Assembly (NCBI GenBank): GCA_943704425.1
Contig: CALSCP010000257.1
Location: forward strand, 13,403-77,402
Length of the DNA: 64,000 bases
Direction of reading: 5' to 3'
Source: Ministeria vibrans ATCC 50519
Lineage: Eukaryota > Protista > Filasterea
This document shows positions 35,159 through 51,089 of this stretch, one piece after another (position 1 is the first letter of the stretch; each line of letters opens with the position of its first letter). The notes beneath the pieces were generated by a model. That model did not search any database. It saw only the letters and a list, made by a program, of their open reading frames with translations, and had not been told where the DNA came from. The translations under genes and the position numbers were made by a program.

Positions 35159-38100
35159 GCTTTGTAGAACTGTCCGATGGCGATATTAAAAGCTTTCTTA
35201 AGGCGCTGTTTGGGACGCTGCATCGGTATCGCGATCGAGCGTCCAAGCTGGGCGTGCTCAACACCTTTTCGGCATTGTGTGCACGCGATGCTTCGCGCGT
35301 CGCCTCCTTCGCCCTGCCGGCGCTCACTCGCATTTCCACCAGCTCTGTGGGTGCCTGTGCGGTCCTCATGGACTGGTCGTGCTGCGTCGTCGCCGCCGCG
35401 CCCGTCCAGCTGTTTACCGAGAAGCCAGCGTTGATCAAGGCAGCGCTCGCCGCTCAGGGAACCCTTCTCGTTGTCGCCGGTGACGCCAACGGAGTCTCCG
35501 CCTACCAGAAGATTGCTCGTCGTCTCGTCGCCATGCTTCAAAAGGGCCCGGCCTCGCTCGTGTCCATCTACTGGAGCACCGTCTTGGCGGCGTGCAAGGA
35601 CAGCCCCTCGCAGACCGACCTTGCCATTGGGTCGCTGCTCTCCACCTGCTCCTCCTCCCCTCCGTCGACCGACCACGCCCTGCTCAAGCCTCTCTACACC
35701 GCCTACGCCACCATGGTGACGAGCTCGCGTAGCGTTCCCTCAGCCGGCATCCTCGTTGCCACCGCGCCCCTCTTTGCCGTGGCGACCCTCGAAGACCTAC
35801 GCGACATTATCGTGCCGGCCTTTGAACGCGCCCTTCTCCGCGTCCCCGAGTGTGTCCTCGATGCCCTTGCCTACACCCTTGGCCACGTGTCCAAGGTTGA
35901 CATTAGTCCTTTCTTGGGGTCGCTCGGCAACACCGTCTGCAGTCAGCTCCTTGCAAAATCCATCGCTGTACGTGCCGCCTCCCTCACCACCCTCAGCACT
36001 ATGGCCCGCTGTTCGCAGTCCGCTGACGCCCTTCTTGTTCTTGCAAACACTCTCTTGGAGACGCTGGCAGGCAAAAAGAGTGGGAAAATCACGAGTGCGG
36101 AATTGCGCGTGACGCTCTTGGCTGGACTTGTTGCCGTTGCCGATGTCGACGGTTCCACCTTCTCGCTCACCCAACGCGCCTTTGCAACCAGTTTTACGTC
36201 AACTGCAGTCGCCACTGCAGGTAGTGCCGCATCTGCATCGTCGACAACGTCGTCGGCAGCAGCTGCGACTGCAAGCGCACCAGGTGCAGGCACTGCGGGA
36301 TCTTCGGCGGCTCTCTCTGCCGACTCTTCCAACCTGCTTGCTGCACCTCCTGTGATCGCTGTCGCGGACGCCTCGTCCTCTTCCTCCTCCTCCTCGTCGT
36401 CGTCGCGTGTTTCTGCCGAGTCGCTCTCAATGACCGCCTCGCATGTGATCCAGCAGCTCATGACCGTGATTGCGACCGAGGCAAACGAACTTGTGCAGAC
36501 GACCGCGACCATTGCCTTGCGCGCCTGGTCGAGCCGCCTTCAGTCGTGGCCCGATGCCCTCAGCGAACCCTGTACCAAGGCCCTGGCGGCCGCTCCGTCC
36601 AAGACGCCTGCTGCCAACCTCCTTGCCGATCGCTGGCTCGTCTGTCTCGAGGCTGTCTCCTCCGTCTGCGCCCCCTCCATTCCTGCCAGCATCTCCAAAG
36701 CACTCGGCGAGCTTGTTGTGCGCGACATAGCCGCCGGCGTGCCCAACACCCTTGCGTCGAGTGCCGCCATTGCTGCGAATGTCCTCTTGGGCATTTGCAT
36801 CGAGACCGCAACCAATCCCAGCGCCGCCTTCTGGGCATCTGTCTGCTCGCCACGCATCTTTATGACCGAGCGTCAGAGCCAATCGGCGTCGCACGACGTG
36901 CAACTCACTCAAGTCAACCTTATCGGCCGCTTGGTGCGTGTCAGTGTCAACAAGGACGACAGCGCCACCGTCTCATCCGTCTCTAATTTGTGCACCACTA
37001 GTGTTCTCTTGCTTCTCGCGTCGAAACTGTGGCGTGTGCGCACCGCCGCAGCCGACATTCTCGTTGCGGCAGCCATTGTCAATGGTTCCCTCGCCTACGC
37101 CGAGTCTCTCGTACGCGCCTACATTACCTTGGTATCGACACGCAACAACGTCTCTCACGGTGGTCGCGCTGCCAACCGTGATCTAGCGGGCGTCCTCGCT
37201 GCATGCTGTGCTTTACCCACCGCCACCACAGACCCCTCGGTGGGCAATGCGGCAAATGCTTCACTTGCCGCTCTTGCCTTAGCTGCTGCGCAGCTTCCAG
37301 CCGTGCGCGCCTTCGCCCCGTCGTCCTGGCACACCGCTGTGACCGCTTGCACCGGGGCGGTTGACGCCGAAAAGTACGTGTGTCGCTTTGCGACGTCTCT
37401 CTTGCGCTTTCTCGCCGCCGAAGCAACCGCGTGTGTTGCCACCGATGCTGACTGGCAGGATGCTTGTCTACGTGCCATTACGGTCGTCGCTACGTGCCTT
37501 GCCGACTCGGACTCAATGGACGCCGTGCCCGTCGTGCACGCACTCAAGCCCATCTTTGCTGACTGGCTCAATGTCACTGCCGTTGGCGAGCTCACTCCGC
37601 GCGACGTTGGCGTGTACCTTACCAACGAGGGCACACTCTTTGACTCGAGCGCCGTCGACGCTCTTGGCTCGTCGGGTGCGGGTGCTCGGTCGGGCGGCAA
37701 GGACGCCGCGTGGGAGGCGCAGGTGCGCGCGGAGCTTGCCAAGAAGAAGGGTGAAGTCGTGTTGACGGCCAAGCAGAAACAGGTGCAGGCTCAGTTGCTC
37801 AAGGACGAAGCAGAGGTGCGTGAGCGCGTAGCGCTCGTAGACCAGGTCGTCTCACGCGGCCTCAACCTTGCACTGCTTTTGTGCCGTCGCCTCTCGACAG
37901 CGTGTGAACTTGCCGAACGCCTGGTGCCCACTCTGTTGCACCTGTCTGGTTTGCCGCTGACTGGCAAGCGTGCAGCACTCGCCTGGATCGAACTGCTGCG
38001 TACTCTTGCGGCGCTGCCTGCCTTCAGCGCCACCTTTCCCTTTGGTACACTCGAAACCATCGGTTTTGTCACGTTGCGTCGTGCAGTGCACGGTGCAGCC

Positions 38101-41100
38101 CAGTCGGGCGCCCTCTTCGACCCCGAGTGGTGTGTTGAGCCTCTTGCGCAGGCAATGGATCGTTCGCTCGCCAACGTCGCTCACTCCATTGCTCTTGTGC
38201 CCATTACCACAGCACTTTTTGCTTGTCTCTGGCCCGTCTCGCGTGTCGTTCTCACGGATCAGGCCGCGCCCGCGTCCCTCGTCGAGTCCGCCGTCACCAT
38301 TGTCGCACAACACGCATCGCTCGGTGTCACCTGGGCCGGCGATAGTTCGCTGCCACCCTCCATTGTTGCCGCACTTTCAGCCTCGGTGGAACTTCACGCG
38401 TCGGCGTGTGCACGCGCGCGTGACGCCGTCGTCGATTGGAGCACCAACTGTGGGGCGTCCATGAGCCACGGCGCGGGTCTTTCGGCCCTGTGCAACGGTC
38501 TCTGGTCGCCGAGCTCGCCTTTGCGTGAGGGCTGTTTGCGTGCACTGACGGCACTCTCCGAGTCGCTTGAGATGCCCGCCGATTCGGTGCACATTTGGAC
38601 GGCGACCTTTGACGATGTGCTCACCAATGTGGACCTGGCACAGGCATTGTGGCGTCGTTTCGGCGTGCCCCACACCGCCGGCCGATGCCTTTCTCTTGTT
38701 GAGCTCACCTCGTCCGACGTCGACTACGTGCGTGACGTTGCCACCAAGGCGCTGGCCGCGTCACTTGACAATCTCGGTGACACGGAGGACGCCGAGGCGA
38801 CCGCGGCTCTTCTCACCGATCGTCTCATTGAGATGCACGCGGACCTGTCGCGCGTAATCGCACCGGAGCGTGATCAATTTGGTAACTTGGTGGGCGAGCC
38901 GCCGCGCGATCGATGGCAGGCACGCGTGGGCGTCGCAACAGCCATGGAGCGAGCTGCCGTGGGACTGTGTCGCTCGACCCCCGCCATCATGCGTATCTTC
39001 CAGTTGCTCGCCGATGGCAACGCACTGGGCGACCGCGAATCGAGTGTGCGCGCCGCGATCCTCAAGGCAGGCATGGCGCTGATTGACGCTTGTGGTGCGC
39101 GGCTCTCCACCGAGCTGCTGGCGGTCTTTGAAGACTTTCTTGATGCGCCGCACACCTCGAGCAGCATATACGACTACACACGCGAAGGTGTCGTTGTGCT
39201 GATGGGATCGCTGGCGCGTCATTTTGGTGCAGGCGAGTCGGATCGTGTGGGACCCGTCGTGGACAAACTCATCCTGGCGCTGTCGACACCATCACAGAGT
39301 GTACAGCAGGCTGTGTCGCGCTGCCTGCCGGCACTCGTGCCGCGCATTAGTGCACGTGTGCCCGAACTCATTGAACAGCTGCTGCAGGATGTCCTCGAGG
39401 GCTCGTCGTACGGCGTGCGTCGTGGCGCAGCCTTTGGTCTGGCGGGTCTGGTCAAGGGTCAGGGTCTCAGTTCGTTGAAACAATGTAACATTATGAGTCG
39501 ACTGCAGGAAGCAGTGCAGAACAAGAAGCGCGTAGTGCATCGCGAGGGTGCTCTACTTGCCTTTGAGACTCTCTGCGTGACACTTGGACGTCTCTTTGAA
39601 CCGTACATCATCACGGTGCTGCCCCACATGCTGGCGTGCTTTGGCGATGGCAACAAAGACGTGCGTGCGGCGACAGAAGACACAGCACGTGTCATCATGG
39701 GCAACCTGAGCGCCCATGGCGTCAAACTGGTGCTGCCGGCGCTTCTTGAGGCACTCGAAGACCGCGCCTGGCGAACCAAGCAAGGTAGCGCCGAAATGCT
39801 CGGCAAGATGGCCTTTTGTGCGCCCAAGCAGCTCTCGTCGTGTCTGCCTACCATTGTCCCTCGTCTCACCGAAGTGCTTGCTGACTCGCACATCAAAGTG
39901 CAAGAGGCAGGTGCACTCGCCCTGAAGCAAATTGGCTCGGTGATTCGCAATCCCGAAGTGCAACTTATTGTGCCTACGCTGCTCGATGCGCTCGCGCGTC
40001 CTGACGCCGCTGCACAGCGTTCCTTGTCGCAACTGCTTCACACTGAATTTGTGCACTTTATCGATGCACCATCGCTCGCGCTCATCATGCCCATTGTGGA
40101 GCGTGCGCTCATGTCGCGCTCAACCGACACCAAGCGCATGGCGGCGCAGATTGTCGGCAACATGAGTAACCTGACGGACCACAAGGATCTGGCGCCCTAC
40201 CTGCCCTCACTGGTGCCGGGCATCAAGCAGGTGCTGCTCGATCCGATTCCTGAGGTGCGTGGCATTGCAAGCAAGGCGCTCGGTCGCATGGTGCGTGCCA
40301 TGGGCGAGCAAACCTTCAACGATCTGGTGCCCTGGTTGCGTGCCACGATGGAGGCGGACACGGGCACTGTGGATCGCGCTGGTGCCGCTCAGGGACTCAG
40401 CGAGGTGCTGCTCACGCTGGGCACGGACCGCCTGCGTGACTTTATGGAGGTGGCCATTGAGGGCTGTCGCTCCGAGTTCCCCTGGACTCGCGAAGGCTAC
40501 ACCATGCTCTTCATTTACATGCCGTCCGTGTTTGGCGATGCGCTCCTGCCCTACGTGGGCCCCGTGCTGCCGGCGCTTCTTGAGGGCCTGGCTGACGAGC
40601 ACGAGTATGTGCGCGATGCGGCACTCAAGGCCGGCCAAATGATTATTAACCACTTTGCCGACACATCAGTGGAGCTTCTCTTGCCGCACCTTGACCAGGG
40701 TCTGTGCGACGCCAACTGGCGTATCCGTCAGTCGAGCGTGCAACTGTTGGGTGACCTGCTCTACTCGCTGGGCGGACTCAGTGGCAAGAAGTCGACCATT
40801 GGCGACGAGGACGAGGGCTTTGGCACTGAAGAGGCGCAAAAGATGATTGCCGTGGCGCTGGGCGCCGAACGTCGTCGTCGTGTGCTTGCGGGACTGTACC
40901 TGGCGCGCCAGGATGTGCAATTGGTGGTGCGTCAACTGGCGATGCACGTGTGGAAGACGGTCGTGGTGAACACGACGCGAACCGTGCGCGAACTGCTGCC
41001 GGTGCTCATGACTCTCATTCTCGATGCGCTTGCAAGCACCACGGTCGACCGACGCACCGTGGCGGCACGCACACTTGGCGACATTGTGCGCAAACTTGGC

Positions 41101-43320
41101 GACCGTGTGCTGCCGGACATTCTGCAGATTATCGAGACGGGTCTGAATGCGGCGAGCGAGCCAGGACGACGAGAGGGCGTGTGCATTGCGCTGCACGAGA
41201 TCATTTCGAGCACGACCCGCGACACCATTGAGAGTTACACCTCGATCCTAATCATGTCGGTACGTCGTGCGCTCAGTGACGAGTCGGAGGCGGTGCGCAA
41301 GGCGGCAGGAAAGACGTTTGCGGCGTTGTACGGTGCATGCGGTGCGGTCGCCATTGATGGCGTGGTGCCACCTCTGCTGTCGGCACTCAAGTCGACGGAC
41401 GAGTCGAAGTCGACGCTGGCACTTGCGGGTCTACGTGAGCTTATGGGGGTTAAAAGCAACGCCGTGTTACCCTTCCTTGTGCCCAAGCTGACGGTGCAGC
41501 CAGTGACACCGTTTAATGCGCAAGCACTTGCATCACTGGTCGGAGTCGCAGGTGAGGCGCTCAACCGACACCTGCCGGTGATCATCAAGGCGCTTGTGAT
41601 GTCGGTAAGTGCGCGAGGCTGCTCGCCGGCGGTTGAGGAGGCCGCGTGTGAGCTCATTTCCAAGGTGGAGACGGTCGATGGCGTGCTCTCGATGACGGAG
41701 GATTTGTGTGCTTTGATGCGTGAGCAGTTGCCGGAGGTGCGCTGTGCGGCCACCAAGCTACTGTGTGCTTACTGCGGCAGCGAGTCGTTTGTCTATGACG
41801 AGGAGGTCTTTGACACGCTGTTGGATGCGGCAATGCAGCGTATGGCGGACGCCGCCGAGGATGTCGTGGCCATCTCTTGGGAGGCGTTCAACCACTTGAT
41901 GGAGCAAGCGCCCGCCGAGGAGCTGCCGGTCATCCTGCCGATGATTCGTCGTGCACTGAGTGCGCACACGTCGGGGCTGACTCTCTTGCCGGGATTCTGT
42001 CTTGCGCACGGCAATGGTATCAAGCCCGTGCTGGGACTGCTGCTGACGGGGATGAAGAGCGGTACGAGCGAGACGCGCGAGCAGTGCGCGTCGACGCTGA
42101 GTGACGTGATTTGTCTGACGGACCAGGTGGGTCTCAAGGCGCACATTCGCACCATCACGGGCAAGCTTATTGGAGTGTTTGGTGAGCAGTCGAGTCCGCA
42201 TGTCAAGGCGAGTCTGCTCTATGCGATGCGTGATCTCATGAAGCAGGCGCAGCTGCTCATCAAGATGTTCTTGCCGCAGCTGCAGCCCACTTGCACCAAG
42301 GCACTGCGCGATCCCAAGCGGCCTGTGCGTGTGGCCGCGGGTGCCGCCCTCGAGTACCTCGTCATGTACATTCCGCGTCTGGACCGTCTGCTCGCCGAGG
42401 TGAACACGGCGGTGCAGACGCACGGGACGGACGCGGAGGCGGACGTGTGCGAGACGACCCTGGCCGCTCTGGTGAAGATCTTGTCAGCGAGCCTTGAACG
42501 CGCGAGTGACGAGAACAAGCGTTTGTTGATGGAGTCGCTGCAGGGCTGTTTGGCACACCCCTCGTCGACATTGCGCGACTCTGCGGCCGACGCACTCTCA
42601 GTGCTGTACACGGGTCTCAACGAGGAGCAACAGAGCGCCATTGTGAGCGCCGCCACGGCCACTGTGAGTACCGACGATGCCGAGGGTGTTGCCCTCACGC
42701 TGGGTCGTATCCAGCTACTTTCACGTCTGCTCTACCGCGATGCCTCGGGTGTCCTGGCTGAGCCCGCCACGGCCGACCTGATTGGGCGTCTTCTGCGCTC
42801 CTCCAACATTACACTGGTGCGCTCAGTCGCGTCCACTGCTGCACTCTTCTGCGCCCAATCACTCGCGTACAACCAACAGTCGCCTCCATCCGAGATGATT
42901 CAGCTTCTAGTGAGTCGCACGGACGCACAGAACAGCAACGACACAGTGATCCCAATCCTCGATGCGATCCGGTTCGCGACCAAGCACGCACCGCTCGGCC
43001 GGGCGGGACTGCGACCCTTGCTGCTCTCTGCCTGCCTCGCCGCCGTCGGCCGCGACCGCAGCCAACCTGTCCGCCATGCTGCCGACCGCGCCATTTACTA
43101 CCTTTTTTCCGTCGATCAGGGTCTTGCCGAAGTTGATGTACGAAAGTTGTCTCTGTTGTTGTTGTTGTGTGTATTAATTTTTTTTTTTTTGTTGTTGCTC
43201 TTGTAGAGTTATGTGGCGTCCAAGAAGATTGTCGATGCCAATGTGGCCAAAATGCTTTCGGATACTGCTCGGCGGGCGTTGGAGAATGCGTTGGAGGCTG
43301 ATAGTGATGCCGAAAGTTGA
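34848..43320 (+). CDS. GCN1: Stalled-ribosome sensor / eIF2-alpha kinase activator GCN1 (HEAT repeats)
   Basis: Putative micro-exon 34848-34855, unclear exon near 34991-35126, giant exon 35168-43137, last exon 43207-43320. Motifs TLHRYRD, ALSTPSQSVQQAV, RRGAAFGLAGLVKG, LGRLFEPY, LSAHGVKLVLP, WRTKQGS, HFIDAPSLALIMP, NWRIRQSSVQLLGDLL. Confidence 0.95.
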
Positions 43321-43622
43321 AAATGTGTCAAAAGATCAGAGAGAAACCGAGAGAAAGAGAGAGGTGTGTGAGAGTAAATTGGTTCAAGACTTAACTTTCA
43401 CACTTTTACTTCTTTCAACAGCTGTATGTCACGTCTGCGATAAAATTCATAGAGAAGGGAGTGGCACGTGGTAGTAGACTAGTAGTGGGGTACATGGACA
43501 GACGATGACTGGTGAAATATTGTGGCGCTAAGACAAATAATTAATAGAGAAAATCATTTTCTTCAAATAAACTACAAAATAAAAAATAAAATAATTATTA
43601 TTTTTCTTTAGAGATTCCGTAC

Positions 43623-44938
43623 ATGTCAAGTGCGCGAACGGAGGGCCTGGAGCCGCCTGGGGGAGACCAAGTGGAGCGAATGGACACAACAAGCGCTGAT
43701 GGAGTTTCAACGGCTGAAAAAGCAACGGAGAAGACGGCGGACGAGGGCGTCGTGGGTGACTCCAACAGCGATGATGGAGCCAAGGAGAGCGGCGGAGACG
43801 AAGAAAGCGGCTCGAACGGCGACTACGGAAAAGATTTTGACGTTGGCGCGTTTGCCCCAAAGCGCATTTTGCGCGCGCGCGGAGTTCAGGTGGGTCGTCT
43901 GCACTAACCGAGTAGATGCATTGTGCTTTAATCCGTAGGGTGGAGAAAGGCGTGCGGCCATCCATGAATTTCTTCTGAGCGCGAAGCGAACAATTCTTTT
44001 GTGTCGCGTCTCTGCCCTGCAAACCAGTTTCCGTCGCCGTCTCCCACCGAAATGCACGTCGTTCGCATTGCCGCAATCCTCAAAAGTTCCCGAGTGTTCC
44101 TGTGATACTGCTCCTTGCGTTGTTTCACGTGTTGTGACTTGCTCAGGGGGTTTTTTTGCGTATGCGTATTATTCGTGTGGGTCGTCAAAAAAAAAAAAAG
44201 GATGAAAAGAAAAATGTGTTTCGTCTTTTCGTCTCTCATTTGTCGCATAGCACGTTGACAGCGTTTGTTGCATGTACGACATTTGGCTGTGTGCATTTCT
44301 CTTTGCCCATTTTTTGGTTATCATGTTTGAGACAGAATAATCTATGTCATTGTGTCCCGTTGTGTGCAACTAATTTTAAATTTTGCAACAAAAATTTTTT
44401 CATTGTGTGTGTGCGAGGGCGAAATGGAAAGAAGGACATAATTGAGCAGGACTGAACTGAATGTTTTCTTTCTTTCTTTTTTTTGTGTGTGCGCAGAAAG
44501 AGAACAGTAGCAACAGTGAAGGGACGAGTGGAAATGGCGGAGAACGACAGACGAACGATGCGCCAATGGTGGAACCGCCAAAACGAGTGGGAGTTCCTTT
44601 GAAGTCACTTGACAAGGATCAGTTGGCCACTGAGGTAATAATGGATACAGTGACAGACAGAGAGGTTTAGGGACTTTTTGATTGATTGTGTTCATTTGTG
44701 TTAGCTGGATGCGATTGCCGATGATGTGACGATGAGGGGACGATTTGGGAAGAAGGGGCGCAGGAAAGGTGTTGTGCCGCGCACTGCGGACGGAGAGCCC
44801 TGTGAGGTGTTTGTGTACGGGCTCAAGACGTGCACTGACGCATACAATGTAAGCCTAAGCCACAGTCCATTGTCCTGTCTGTGTCCCTATGTTGTTTCAC
44901 TTTATTCTTCTCTTTCCTCTCTCCCATCTCGTCGTCTC

Positions 44939-44982
<44 letters not shown>

Positions 44983-46304
44983 TCACACACTCACTCATTC
45001 ACTCACTCACTCACTCTGTTTCTCTATCGTTATGTTTTGTTTTTTTTTGTTGGTAGTCTGAGGAGGAGGAGGAGGAGCTTGAGGAAAATGATGAATACTG
45101 TCAGATGTGTACGGAGGGAGGAGAGTTGGTGTGCTGTGATGAGTGCCCGGCATCGTTTCATTTGGAGTGTGCCGAGCCGCCGCTGACTGAGGCGCCTGTT
45201 GGGGCGTACTCGTGCAAGCAGTGTCGGGATCGCAAGGAACTGGCGACGTGGAAGGAGAAGGAGAAGGCCGAGGCGAAGCGCAAGGCGGAGCGGGGCGCAG
45301 CGGAGAGGGCGCGTGTGGCGGCGCAGGCAGCGAGACGAAAGAAGGCACAGGAAGAAGAGGGAAAGAGTGACGAGGAGGACGGGCCAGCGCGAAAGAGAAG
45401 AGGGAGGGGGACGAGTAGTGCGGAAGATGGAAAGAGCAATGAGGAGAGCGATGAGGATTCGTCCGAGGGCGCAAAGGGGAAAGTCGCTAAGAGCAAGCAG
45501 CAGAAGCAACAGTCGGGAAGGAGCGCAAGACGGAAGGGGAGAAGCGATTCCGAGTCGGGCACTTCGGAAGAGTCGACGGATGAGGAGGATGACGACGACG
45601 ACGACGACATGGTGTTGTCGCGGTCGCGACGACGTGGTGGTGGGAGTACGACGACAACCGTGACTGCTTCGCGACCACGACGACGTGCGGCTCGTGGCAA
45701 GGCTCGTGGTGGTGGGAGTGACGAGGATGGGGCAACGTCTGCCTTTACCGATGAGGACACACCACTATCGATGCGACTGCAAGATCTTGACGGGACCTTG
45801 CTACAGGAACGACGAGGCATGCGTGCTGTGCGACGTGGTGCGATTGGCAAGAAACTGATGGAGCCGCTGCTGGAGCGTCTCTACTCGATCAAACCGTCGT
45901 GTTTCTCGTGTCCCAAGGAAGTCCAAGAGGCCTGTGTACAGATGGCTGCACCGCCGCCGACCATTCGTCGTCCGTTGCGCGACCGTAGTCGCATTGGCGG
46001 TGCCTCGTCGTCACTCAACGGCAGTACCACCACGACGACAGTTGCGGCAGACAAGGCAACAGCAAGTGGCAATGGTGTCAATGCGAGTTCCGCCACTGGC
46101 ACGGACCTGGTTGATCTGGACTATGCGCGCAGTGCCAAAGTCACCATTTGCTTCCAGTGTCAAGGCAAGAGCACCGCTCGTCCGCTCTTTGGCACAGCGG
46201 CTCCACCGCCGTCACAGTCGAAAATGGCCTCTTGTTCACAGGTAACTTATATTGTTGTTTGCTCTAACTCTACTTCTCTTACATCACATTATTCTTTCCT
46301 CCCT

Positions 46305-46402
<98 letters not shown>

Positions 46403-46469
46403 CTTTGTTTCTTTTTTCCTCTCTTTCTTTCTTTCTCTCAAACCATTCGTGACGATAATATGATTATTA

Positions 46470-46526
<57 letters not shown>

Positions 46527-47800
46527 TGTACTGTTATTAATATTATTGTCTCATTTTGTATTATTATTAGTGTCCACTGACGTTTCATTTGGACTGTGTG
46601 AACCCACCTTTGAGCCACATGCCCAAGAGAGGGTGGCTGTGTCCCGCACACGGACAGGCACTGCTCAAGCAACGAACCAGCTCGCGCAAGACAGACCAGG
46701 AGAATGCCATGGCCATTGATATGCTCACGCTTAATGCGGAGCTCGTCAAGCTCAACTTTGCGGCGCGTGTGCGCTCAAGTGTGGTTGCAGATGCACTGCA
46801 ACACGTTCCCTCGGCACCTGCCGTACCTATGGTTCCACTTGCAGTAAGACACAAGAAGGAGAAAAAAAAATAAGGAAAGAGAGAACGAGTTTGAAATACC
46901 CTTGTGTGTGTGATAGGTGCTCGAGGCGTATCATGGCGCCAGTGCAGAGGCAGTGGCGTCTGCGACGGAGCGCGACGCAGCACTGGGGTTGTTGCGGTGC
47001 AGCGCAAGCACTCCCGAGACCACGGGCGATATGCTGTCTGGCGGCAGTACAAGTGAAAGTCCAGAGAGCAATGGAGAGTCAGCGTCGTTGAGCAAGAAGC
47101 GACGCACTAGTGACGACGATGAGTGGGCGCCTGAACACAGTGGCGGTGTGAATGCAGAGTGTGGGGTTGAGCCAGCAAAGAGCAAGCGAGCACGTCTGGC
47201 GGTCGCCGGAAACCCTTGTGACTGTCGTCTGCACGACCCGCGCAACCCCAATGATGCGCATGCAGTGCTCTACTTTGGACCGGGCGCAGTGGTATGACAT
47301 GTTGAAAATTGCCAGGATTTATTTTAAACTATTTTTTTTTGTTGTTAGCTCGCATCCTATGTGTACAATGATGTGCTGAGCATCTGCTGTGGAATACCAG
47401 AAGGTAAGAGAAGACGACCAAAAAGAGAGACGGACGAACAATCTCACATGTGGCGACAGAGTGTGCGGGACGTGAGGGAGTGCTTGATCTTGCACGGTTT
47501 GGCGCGCACGCTACCAACGAACGAGGGCCCCACTGTACTCTCTGCCGCGACCCCTTTGACGGCTCTTATTCCCTTGTGACACGCAAGACTGTCGTTGTCA
47601 ACAAATCTGGTAGAGAAACAAAACAAAAAATGTGTGAGCCGAGCTGTCTTTGCCTCTCTGACTTACGTTTGTCTTTTTTTTTTTGTGTGTGTTTTTAAAA
47701 AGTGTTCGCCGAGGGCTCTTCCGTACCTGTACTTGACCGGGCGACCATTGTTGTTGCTGGTGTGTCGCTGCTATTTCGCTGTCGACCCGTCTCACTGTAA
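43623..47800 (+). CDS. PHF12: PHF12/Rco1-like Sin3-HDAC subunit: two PHD fingers plus C-terminal FHA-like domain
   Basis: Multi-exon; the 5' exons are less certain. PHD1 NDEYCQMCTEGGELVCCDECPASFHLEC..SCKQC, linker KPSCFSCPKEV, PHD2 CFQC..CSQ|CPLTFHLDCVNPPLSHMPKRGWLCPAH. Spliced 3' exons (about 47350-47403, 47460-47609, 47703-47800) give FHA-like LDLARFG..HCTL..DPFDGSYSL..VVVN..ATIVVAGVSLLF. Confidence 0.8.
46309..46522. repeat. Intronic (CT)n and (ATT)n microsatellites
   Basis: About 90 bp of CT repeat, then about 60 bp of ATT repeat. Confidence 0.95.
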
Positions 47801-47872
47801 GCCATGTGCTCCACTTTGCTCCGTTATAGTACAAAATCGTTTTTTTATATTCTCTTCATCTACATTAAGCGC

Positions 47873-48707
47873 TTAATTCACGACTGTGTCGGAAAGTTGA
47901 CGTGCTTCGCGTGCGCAAACAAGTGCGACGTAGTCTTGATCAGTGATGTTACGGCTGTTGCCAAAGCGGCGTAGAGCGACTGACAATTGAACGGCAAGAA
48001 TGTGTTTGCACTAGACGTAGAGAAGAAAGATGGAGTGTCGACTTGCGTCTCTTGCAAAAACAAGTCAACAACATGATTCGTACTGTGACACTGTCACTGC
48101 GTTGCAAAACAGAATAGGTGAATGACGGGCAGGTGCAGTAGTTGGAGACGGGTAAGCAGAGGTAGTGATTCCCTGAAGAGCCCATGACCTAATAAAAAAA
48201 AACATAATAAGAGAGATAGGAGAAAGAATCAAAGTGACGAAGAGTGCAAGTCAAGTGCGAATAATTTATTATGATATTATGGTGTACTTGAAATAGCTCT
48301 CGGCCACTGGGCGTGACGAGCTGGGTGACAAATGAGCGGTCGATGAGGTCAAGGGCGTGCAAGAGCTGGTCGCCGTACACAAAGGAGAGGCTAAAGAAGA
48401 AAACAAAAAACGTTGAGGGGACGGGAGAGAAACGCGAACGAAACGTACGCAGACAAAACTTCGTCCGGCACTACAAAAAAGGAAGTTAGAAGGGTAGATC
48501 TGCTGTTGGCTGGTAGCATGGCAACACGTGACAAGTCGTACCGCGTTCGGCAGGATCGTTTCGGGCGGAAAGCTCGCGAATCAACAGCGAACCAATTTCC
48601 GACAGACATACTGGCTCGGCGGCTTGCTGCTGTAGTTGTTGAGCTATAGGGGACTTTATCTGACGGGGGGATGTCCCATGATGATGATGTGATGAAGCTT
48701 GGTCCAT
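47873..48707 (-). CDS. ZSWIM7: SWIM zinc-finger protein Sws1/ZSWIM7 (Shu complex, homologous recombination)
   Basis: Five short exons splice to ..PDEVLSALSFVYGDQLLHALDLIDRSFVTQLVTPSGRELFQVMGSSGNHYLCLPVSNYCTCPSFTYSVLQRSDSVTCKHILAV.., with the SWIM CxC..CKH motif. Confidence 0.9.
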
Positions 48708-48819
48708 GAATAAATAATAAAATAATATGGATTAAGTCTCAACAGTTTAAAAACTAAAAATAATTTTAAATTTTTATTTTCTATTGTTACACACGTCGCC
48801 TAAGTTTTTACCAAGCACC
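48708..48819. promoter_or_regulatory. Putative bidirectional promoter region, ZSWIM7/FA2H
   Basis: Only 112 bp of very AT-rich DNA between two divergent ATGs. Confidence 0.55.
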
Positions 48820-50910
<2,091 letters not shown>

Positions 50911-51089
50911 AGAGAAGACTATGAAACTTTTTTATTATACTTGATACTTTTTGAATCCTACTCAATAGTGCTCTCGACGCAAATGATATTTGTGCTGTCG
51001 CTTGACCGATCTTGTATTTGAACATAGTTTGAATCAACTCACTCAGTTTGTTTCGGCCTTAGTCATTAGTGTCACTCTCTTTTTGAATC

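Noticed and set aside
34991-35167. GCN1 second exon cannot be joined in phase, suggesting a pseudogene or frameshift
   Set aside because: The region abuts a long poly-T and has homopolymer-rich, error-like sequence, while the remaining ~2,700 codons are intact. A consensus error is more likely.
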